Assembly: GCA_964429715.1 (NCBI GenBank)
Contig: CAYSCV010000002.1
Coordinates: forward strand, 1-41,246
Reading direction: 5' to 3'
Source: an uncultured Methanosarcinales archaeon
Lineage (GTDB): Archaea; Nanobdellota; Nanobdellia; Woesearchaeales; GW2011-AR9
Length of the DNA stretch: 41,246 bases
This document shows positions 27,149 through 32,374 of this stretch, in pieces. Position 1 is the stretch's first letter, and each line of letters opens with the position of its first letter. Position numbers and translations under genes: made by a program. The notes below the pieces were generated by a model. The model worked only from the letters and a program-made list of their open reading frames with translations. It was not told where the DNA came from and ran no database searches.

Positions 27149-27628
27149 TTATGTCTTTCTATCCGTAATCTCACAAATCCGATTTATAAACAATGTAGCC
27201 GTTTGAATATCTTGTTGTATACTCGTAACTGTAAGCGGCTCTAATCTATATTCTGTATCTGCAATAACATACTTATTCCCTCGTTGAAACTCCATTGGGC
27301 TCTTCTCATGTAATTCTATCACCCCGCTAATTTTATTAATAAACGTGATATACTGCTGCTCAATGCGGTGTAATTTACACGATTTCCGTTTAAATACGTC
27401 GTATCTCTCTTTTACTCCTGTAGGCAAACTAGAAATAACTTTTCGTTCTAAATCATACTCTAACAATCCATTTATAGCCGACTGCAGTGCATAATGGACA
27501 TGCATAAGAATATTCACTAACAGCTGTGGATCTTTTAACGAACGTAACGTCACATTCAGAAGATACTCTGCTGAATCCACTTCTCGTTTTGCATTTTCAA
27601 TATATTTAGATGAAATCAAAGAAGACAT
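27149..27628 (-). CDS. Helical protein of unknown function (paralog of 26636..27106)
   Basis: 159 aa. Same N-terminal helix pattern and similar length. Tandem arrangement between nac and minD. Confidence 0.5.
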   Translation of the reverse strand: MSSLISSKYIENAKREVDSAEYLLNVTLRSLKDPQLLVNILMHVHYALQSAINGLLEYDLERKVISSLPTGVKERYDVFKRKSCKLHRIEQQYITFINKISGVIELHEKSPMEFQRGNKYVIADTEYRLEPLTVTSIQQDIQTATLFINRICEITDRKT

Positions 27629-27659
27629 TATTAATCAATATGCTAAAAACTATAAAAAC

Positions 27660-28010
27660 CTATTCCTCACTTTGCGTTAGCCTCATAATCGCATCTGCCA
27701 AATCCCCTTTTGTCAATTCGAGCGTCTCCTGCGCCTTCTCTCGCGTAACTGAAGCTTGCTCCATCACTGTCTTGATATCCTCTTCAGAAATCTCAACCGT
27801 TGTATTTGAAAGCGCCCGCTCATGAAATTCACCAGTCAACTGAAACGTCTCTTGTCCCATCATATTCACTTTTGCGACAGATGGATTTGGAAACACTAAC
27901 TCTTTATCCGGCAAACGAATGATAACTTCCTGCGCTGGTAAATCAACCTGTTGGATGCCCATCTTGCGCATCATCTGCTGCATTTGTCGCGGATTCACAC
28001 CTGGAAACAT
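27660..28010 (-). CDS. nac: Nascent polypeptide-associated complex protein (NAC + UBA)
   Basis: Starts MFPGVNPRQMQQMMRKMGI, the conserved archaeal NAC N-terminus. NAC beta-barrel and C-terminal UBA (REKAQETLELTKGDLADAIMRL). GGAGG lies 11 nt upstream of the ATG at 28010. Confidence 0.85.
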   Translation of the reverse strand: MFPGVNPRQMQQMMRKMGIQQVDLPAQEVIIRLPDKELVFPNPSVAKVNMMGQETFQLTGEFHERALSNTTVEISEEDIKTVMEQASVTREKAQETLELTKGDLADAIMRLTQSEE

Positions 28011-28032
28011 TTTTTTCTTTTCCTCCAAAGTC

Positions 28033-28185
28033 TCATGCACCAAAATAATGTAGAAGTACAACCACAAGCATCACTAATAAACAAAGAACAACAACCGCTC
28101 CTGGCGAAATTTTAATTTTCGAAGTTGATTCATCGAACCGCATCAATCCGCCCTGTCCTGAAGGTAACCGCATTTGATCTGCCAT
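28033..28185 (-). CDS. Preprotein translocase subunit Sec61beta (50 aa; below the ORF-track cutoff)
   Basis: Hand translation: MADQMRLPSGQGGLMRFDESTSKIKISPGAVVVLCLLVMLVVVLLHYFGA. The GL-x-RF-DE motif plus a single C-terminal TM is the Sec61beta pattern. TAGGAGGAT lies immediately upstream of the ATG. Confidence 0.75.
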   Translation of the reverse strand: MADQMRLPSGQGGLMRFDESTSKIKISPGAVVVLCLLVMLVVVLLHYFGA

Positions 28186-28248
28186 ATCCTCCTAGAAATG
28201 CACTGTTTTATAAGGTTTTTGGAAAAATTTAAAAAAATATAAAAAAAA

Positions 28249-28615
28249 GGTAGAGTGGCCTAAGCCGCCTTTTGTTAGACCCAAAACAAGCACAAAGCTT
28301 GTCGATAGTCATTTAGAGCATTCTACTATGCGTCTGTAACAGACTTGCACCGGCAAGATCCATTTTCTCGCGGATCTTCTGACATTGCTGTCAGCAAGGA
28401 TTCACCGTTTCATCGTTCCCTATAAAGACGTCAACGGGTTATCTCACTTCAATCACTTGAAGCTTCACCGCATCATCCCTAATTTATAGGACGTGTCGTG
28501 TCTGAGCCAGAGCCAAGGGCTTTCCCCTTCTCACTTCTGTAAGTGGCCTTTTTATGGTGGGCGGACTTTCCTGAGTATCTTTTGCAAGATTCCCGTCGCT
28601 CCTGCCACTGCTACC
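28249..28615 (-). ncRNA. rnpB: RNase P RNA (archaeal type), about 367 nt
   Basis: Minus strand contains CR-I AGGAAAGUCCGCCCACC (P4 5' strand), CR-V ACAAAAGGCGGCUUAGG (P4 3' strand) and GAUGAAACGGUGAAUCC (CR-II/III-like). The ends pair as P1 (GGUAGCAGUGGC / GCCACUCUACC). GC-rich relative to its flanks. Confidence 0.85.
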
Positions 28616-28636
28616 TTTAGAAGCTAAAAATTAGCC

Positions 28637-28644
28637 TATTTTAA
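28637..28644 (-). promoter_or_regulatory. TATA box (TTAAAATA) for the RNase P RNA gene
   Basis: Reverse complement of TATTTTAA, 22-29 nt upstream of the proposed RNA 5' end at 28615. Confidence 0.4.
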
Positions 28645-28673
28645 GAATGTTGCGCCAGAAAAATACAAATTCA

Positions 28674-29045
28674 CTAATTCGATGAAAGCTGTTCAACAAC
28701 ACGCACAATACCTGAGAGGGGACCTTTTTCTGCAATTATTTTTTGTTTTTCTACTGTAGACAGCCCATTATAAAATCGATCAATTTCTGTTGCATCTTTG
28801 AGGTATTTTTGTTCACCTATCGGAGACACAACCCAATGTGGTCCATTTGGTGCAGTATGATAAAAACTGTGGCCAAGCGATCGTTGCACACATTCTTGAT
28901 ATAACAACCAATTAGTCTGCGCCTCTCGTCCAAATTCCCCTGAATCCATGTCCATGTTCCCCATCGGCAAATTGCTCCCAAACTCTCGTAGAAACTGTTT
29001 TCCTGGTTCTTCTACAATGGTATAAAACGGCACATATTCTGGCAT
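28674..29045 (-). CDS. Hypothetical protein (123 aa)
   Basis: Clean ATG-started ORF between TraB and the RNase P RNA gene. No motif recognised. Confidence 0.4.
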   Translation of the reverse strand: MPEYVPFYTIVEEPGKQFLREFGSNLPMGNMDMDSGEFGREAQTNWLLYQECVQRSLGHSFYHTAPNGPHWVVSPIGEQKYLKDATEIDRFYNGLSTVEKQKIIAEKGPLSGIVRVVEQLSSN

Positions 29046-29094
29046 TATATAAACAAAGAAAACTCTTTTAATAAATCTTTGGCCATTCTAACTT

Positions 29095-29781
29095 CTATCT
29101 CACAACATCCACTTTCAACAGTAATTCTCGCATCCCTTTCTCATGCCCTGCACCCACCACTGCCAAAATTTTCTTCCCCGGATACTCTTTCATCAGCCTA
29201 ATCAGTTGCCTAATCATATACTTGTTTCGATCCTCAACTAATGTCTTATACACACTCGGATACCTTTCTTGAAAATGCCCCATCATCTTCTCAATCAATT
29301 CTTTGCTTGGCACTTTGCGCAAATCAAACTGCGTAAACCCCAATTTCTTCATCTGCCGTTTAGGAAACAACAACCCTAACACAACCTCCTCCACAAAACG
29401 ATACTTCTCTTTCCACGTCAACGACTTTGAAAATTTCGCCAGTGTAATCTTAATCGGCTGATCAATCAATTCGGCTTGTAACTTGTGCTTCTTCGCCAAC
29501 TCCAACGCTATCTTCATCTCCGCACCAGGCGAAATACCCACACTTTGCCCTAATTTTTGCTGTATGATCTGCCCAATTTTCGCAAATAAATACCCTTTCA
29601 CCCCAACTTCCATAACAATCGCAAGCGACACCCGTCGTTTTTCCTCTGTAAACAACGATGCTGCCCGCTCTATATCTAATTCTACTGCGATAATATCCGG
29701 TTTCCACGTCTCCACAATAGAAGTAATCTCTTTGATACTTTCCGCAGCAATATGCGATGTTCCTAGCAAACGAAGTTCCAT
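29095..29781 (-). CDS. TraB/PrgY/GumN-family protein
   Basis: 228 aa. LLGTSHIAAESIKEI, PDIIAVELD and AVVGAGHEKGM are the three conserved TraB-family blocks. Confidence 0.75.
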   Translation of the reverse strand: MELRLLGTSHIAAESIKEITSIVETWKPDIIAVELDIERAASLFTEEKRRVSLAIVMEVGVKGYLFAKIGQIIQQKLGQSVGISPGAEMKIALELAKKHKLQAELIDQPIKITLAKFSKSLTWKEKYRFVEEVVLGLLFPKRQMKKLGFTQFDLRKVPSKELIEKMMGHFQERYPSVYKTLVEDRNKYMIRQLIRLMKEYPGKKILAVVGAGHEKGMRELLLKVDVVR

Positions 29782-29862
29782 TGACTACTCGATAACAGAA
29801 AAGTATTTAAACTTACGCTAGCGTGTATACATTCATAAAATTATCAATTGAGGTGGTTATTC

Positions 29863-30135
29863 ATGTTAAAAATGAGAAAAGTATCGGATTCGTATGATTT
29901 AAAAGTATTTACAGATTCTGGAGATTACTTTGGCGATATCGAAGATTGTATCGTTGCCGGGAATAAAATCTCTGGCTGGAAAATCAAAGCCACAAAAACA
30001 TCTTTTTTAAGTCGTGTGATTGGCAGTGCCAAAGGTGTAATCGTCCCACATCAATTAGTCAAATCCGTTGGTGATGTCTTTATCATCTCTAAAAATGCTG
30101 TTCCCAGCACTGATATGAACGACAAAGACGATTAG
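29863..30135 (+). CDS. PRC-barrel domain protein (90 aa)
   Basis: YDLKVFTDSGDYFGDIEDCIV...ISGWKI...GVIVPHQLVKSVGDVFII fits a PRC barrel. The ATG at 29863 lies 6 nt after AGGTGG; the track start at 29848 is TTG. Confidence 0.6.
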   Translation: MLKMRKVSDSYDLKVFTDSGDYFGDIEDCIVAGNKISGWKIKATKTSFLSRVIGSAKGVIVPHQLVKSVGDVFIISKNAVPSTDMNDKDD

Positions 30136-30351
30136 AAAAATAATCAAATATGGCTCTTTCCAAAGCTCAGCAATACCATAAAGAATTATTACAATACCAT
30201 TATTGTAACGGTGAACAAGAAATCATCGAAGAAGCTTGGTATCTTGCCGCTTAATTTCTTTACTCCATTTTTAAAATTGGATTTATCTTTTTTCTAAAAT
30301 TAAATTTACTCCTGCTTTTCAAATCATCAATTCATCAAAAAAAGAAAAATA

Positions 30352-30567
30352 TGCGGACGGCAGGATTTTCTCGCCGCAACCTAATAGTCGTGGTGGGCAA
30401 CGTCGCAACATATGCCCGCCCTACTCGCCTAGATTGCTGGCACTTGAACCTGCGAAGGCACTAAGCCAATAGATGACTTATAACGAGTTTATTCATCGCA
30501 CTCTAACTGAGCACTCATCACTCAAATACCTTGAGTCTATCCCATTTGACCACTCTGGCACGTCCGC
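30352..30567 (-). tRNA. tRNA-Leu(CAA) with two introns (55 nt at 37/38; about 77 nt in the T-loop)
   Basis: Exons 30567-30530, 30474-30444 and 30366-30352 splice to an 84-nt class II cloverleaf. It has a 7-bp acceptor GCGGACG/CGUCCGC, D-arm CCA/UGG with a GG loop, anticodon arm AUAGA-CUCAAGA-UCUAU, a 15-nt variable arm, T-arm GCAGG-UUCAAAU-CCUGC and discriminator A. No CCA is encoded. Confidence 0.85.
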
Positions 30568-30632
30568 AACGACAGTGAGGACTGACAGTTCCGAAAAAAA
30601 GTTTTTTTTTCGCTTACTGGCACGTCCGCAAC
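30555..30632. repeat. Perfect 16-nt direct repeat CTGGCACGTCCGCAAC (30555-30570 and 30617-30632)
   Basis: Read directly. The first copy covers the tRNA-Leu 5' end (13 nt) plus 3 leader nt; the second lies 62 nt further upstream of the tRNA. An A9/T9-type palindromic tract lies between the copies. Confidence 0.85.
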
Positions 30633-30691
30633 TAATCTTTTATAGAAAACTATCATTCTTTTTATAAAATTAACTGAAAAATAGATACTTA

Positions 30692-30934
30692 TTATTTTTT
30701 TTCCAAATCAAAAACAACTTTTCGCAACGCCGCTGCTAAATTTGCTTTTATTGCTGTCAGTTCACGACTTTTGCCTAATACATTTCCTATATCTATATTT
30801 GAGAGTCTACTCATCTTTCTATAACTCTCCTCTAAATCATTCTCCGCTTCTTTCACTTTCTTATTCGCAATATCAAAAGCAGTTTTTATCTCATTAAAAT
30901 ACGGTTGCAATATTTTGTGGTATTTTCCAAACAT
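30692..30934 (-). CDS. Small coiled-coil protein, unknown function (80 aa)
   Basis: ATG-started ORF, helical/charged sequence, last gene of a co-directional block of small proteins. Confidence 0.45.
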   Translation of the reverse strand: MFGKYHKILQPYFNEIKTAFDIANKKVKEAENDLEESYRKMSRLSNIDIGNVLGKSRELTAIKANLAAALRKVVFDLEKK

Positions 30935-30980
30935 AAAAACAAAGAAAATTCAAAAGAAGATAAACCTTTCTATCCACCAT

Positions 30981-31526
30981 CTACTTAATATTCTGCAATT
31001 GATTTTCAATATCTTTCAACTGCGCTTCCAACTCTGCTAACTCACTTGCTGGAACTTCTGGCACACTCTCTCTAACTATTTGTTGTGGCATCGAAATCGA
31101 CGCTTGTTGTACAGGTGCACCTGCTGCTCTTGTTACAATAATTGGTGCTCTCATCACAACCATTGGCTGCTTTCTAATCTCTCGTAAAACCTCTCTTTTC
31201 GGTTCTACTTTTATTAACCCATGAACTTTTCCTTTAGGCAAATAAATTCGTAACTTATTATCGATCAGATGTTGTATATCTTTCACATCATTTTTCAACT
31301 GGGTAAATAACATTGTTTTTTCTTCTTGCACTTTTCTAAACTGATCATACCCCTGCATAAAAATGATAACTTCTCGTAATCCTTCTAAAATATCTTTACG
31401 CAGCATCTTCGGATCACCAACTTGAATAACATAATCCGGTCCTTTTTCTGCAGCTTTCATATGCACAACACTTTTCTTCTGTTTTTTTGCCATTGGTATA
31501 CTTATATTAGAACTGTTCAGGTTCAC
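30981..31526 (-). CDS. Coiled-coil protein, paralog C of the triad (181 aa with GTG start, or 170 aa from the ATG at 31493)
   Basis: Contains GPDYVIQVGD...QEEK...VKDIQHLIDNKL, matching the module in the two upstream genes. C-terminal ELAELEAQLKDIENQL coiled coil. Start uncertain. Confidence 0.5.
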   Translation of the reverse strand: MNLNSSNISIPMAKKQKKSVVHMKAAEKGPDYVIQVGDPKMLRKDILEGLREVIIFMQGYDQFRKVQEEKTMLFTQLKNDVKDIQHLIDNKLRIYLPKGKVHGLIKVEPKREVLREIRKQPMVVMRAPIIVTRAAGAPVQQASISMPQQIVRESVPEVPASELAELEAQLKDIENQLQNIK

Positions 31527-31734
31527 TTAACGAATGATCAATAAAATCCACTTTCTTTTCCACTTCTGCTAAACTATTTTGCCACATCTCTAATTGATGA
31601 TCTTCTTCATTCTTCAAATCATGAATTCTTCCTAACGTTTCCTTAGCTTCATCAATTCGCTTGCGAATCGCTTTCACTAACTCTAACACATTATCATACT
31701 CATCTATCTTTACAAATACGGGCATTCTATCCAT
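31507..31734 (-). CDS. Coiled-coil protein, paralog B of the triad (75 aa; module only)
   Basis: MPVFVKIDEYDNVLELV...NEEDH...VEKKVDFIDHSL. The start lies 2 nt after the stop of the upstream gene. Confidence 0.5.
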   Translation of the reverse strand: MDRMPVFVKIDEYDNVLELVKAIRKRIDEAKETLGRIHDLKNEEDHQLEMWQNSLAEVEKKVDFIDHSLSEPEQF

Positions 31735-31736
31735 AG

Positions 31737-32234
31737 TTAATCACCTTGCAATTTGAATAATTTTTTATCGACCTGTAAAAATCGATCATGCACTCCTCTC
31801 ATTGTCTTTCTCAATTTTTCAAAATGATGTTCCTCATTATATTCTGATTTATCTAACAATCTATTTGCTTCTTGTAAATGACCTAACACTCCTTTCAATT
31901 CATCCACCTCATTCAAAACAAGCTGATATACATCCACTTTCATAAACATCGGCCCTGACGCTTGCGTATCAAGCTCTGGTCGTGGCACATCTTTTTGAAG
32001 AGGCAAACCTCTCGCAGGTACATTTTGTGGTAACGGCGTTTGCTCTTGATCAAACACACTCGGAAAACTCATTGGTTGATTATAGCCTACCGCTTCTTGT
32101 ACTCTATCGGGTTGAATCTCTCTGTCCATACTTGTTGGTGCTGAAAATCGTAACGATTTATCATCTAACGACTTTCCCATTGGAAACGGCACTCTGGGCG
32201 CCACTTTCTTCTTATCTGCAAATAACCATCCCAT
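31737..32234 (-). CDS. Coiled-coil protein, paralog A of the triad (165 aa; disordered P/Q-rich N-terminus plus module)
   Basis: The C-terminal 70 aa GPMFMKVDVYQLVLNEV...NEEHH...VHDRFLQVDKKL align with the 75-aa protein almost without gaps. Confidence 0.5.
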   Translation of the reverse strand: MGWLFADKKKVAPRVPFPMGKSLDDKSLRFSAPTSMDREIQPDRVQEAVGYNQPMSFPSVFDQEQTPLPQNVPARGLPLQKDVPRPELDTQASGPMFMKVDVYQLVLNEVDELKGVLGHLQEANRLLDKSEYNEEHHFEKLRKTMRGVHDRFLQVDKKLFKLQGD

Positions 32235-32374
32235 ATCACTCAGTATATAAAGAACCTTTAAAAACTTTGTTTAGTATTACAAAATAGTGAATCAGTCTTA
32301 TTGGAACCTCTTCATTGAAATACACCCATTCCACTAGCCAAAACGTATATAATCCTCATAACTATACTAGCTTC

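Noticed and set aside
30150-30254. 34-aa ORF (MALSKAQQYHKELLQYHYCNGEQEIIEEAWYLAA) after the PRC-barrel gene
   Set aside because: Too short, with no recognisable family or SD motif. It cannot be distinguished from chance without conservation data.
30475-30529. C/D box sRNA embedded in tRNA intron 1 (GUGAUGA and CGAUGA boxes, about 55 nt, as in euryarchaeal tRNA-Trp introns)
   Set aside because: No CUGA D or D' box at the required spacing, and I found no guide complementarity to the tRNA. Worth a formal snoscan-type check but not supportable by eye.
30591-30612. A/T homopolymer palindrome (CGAAAAAAAGTTTTTTTTTCG) as a bidirectional terminator
   Set aside because: It lies 24-45 nt upstream of the tRNA 5' end, where an A/T-rich promoter element is expected. 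Its function cannot be decided from sequence, so it is described only within the repeat finding.
30350-30640. SRP (7S) RNA on the + strand, suggested by the GC-rich composition, pairing ends (GCGGACGGCAGG / CTGGCACGTCCGC) and a CCU-GCGA-AGG tetraloop hairpin
   Set aside because: The middle is AT-rich and lacks the helix-8 GGAA / AGCA-type motifs. Reading the minus strand gives a complete tRNA-Leu cloverleaf once two inserts are removed, which explains the pairing ends (acceptor stem) far better.
30473-30667. 64-aa ORF on the + strand from the ORF track
   Set aside because: It lies antisense across the tRNA-Leu exons and intron and the upstream repeat, and has no start context or protein-like features.
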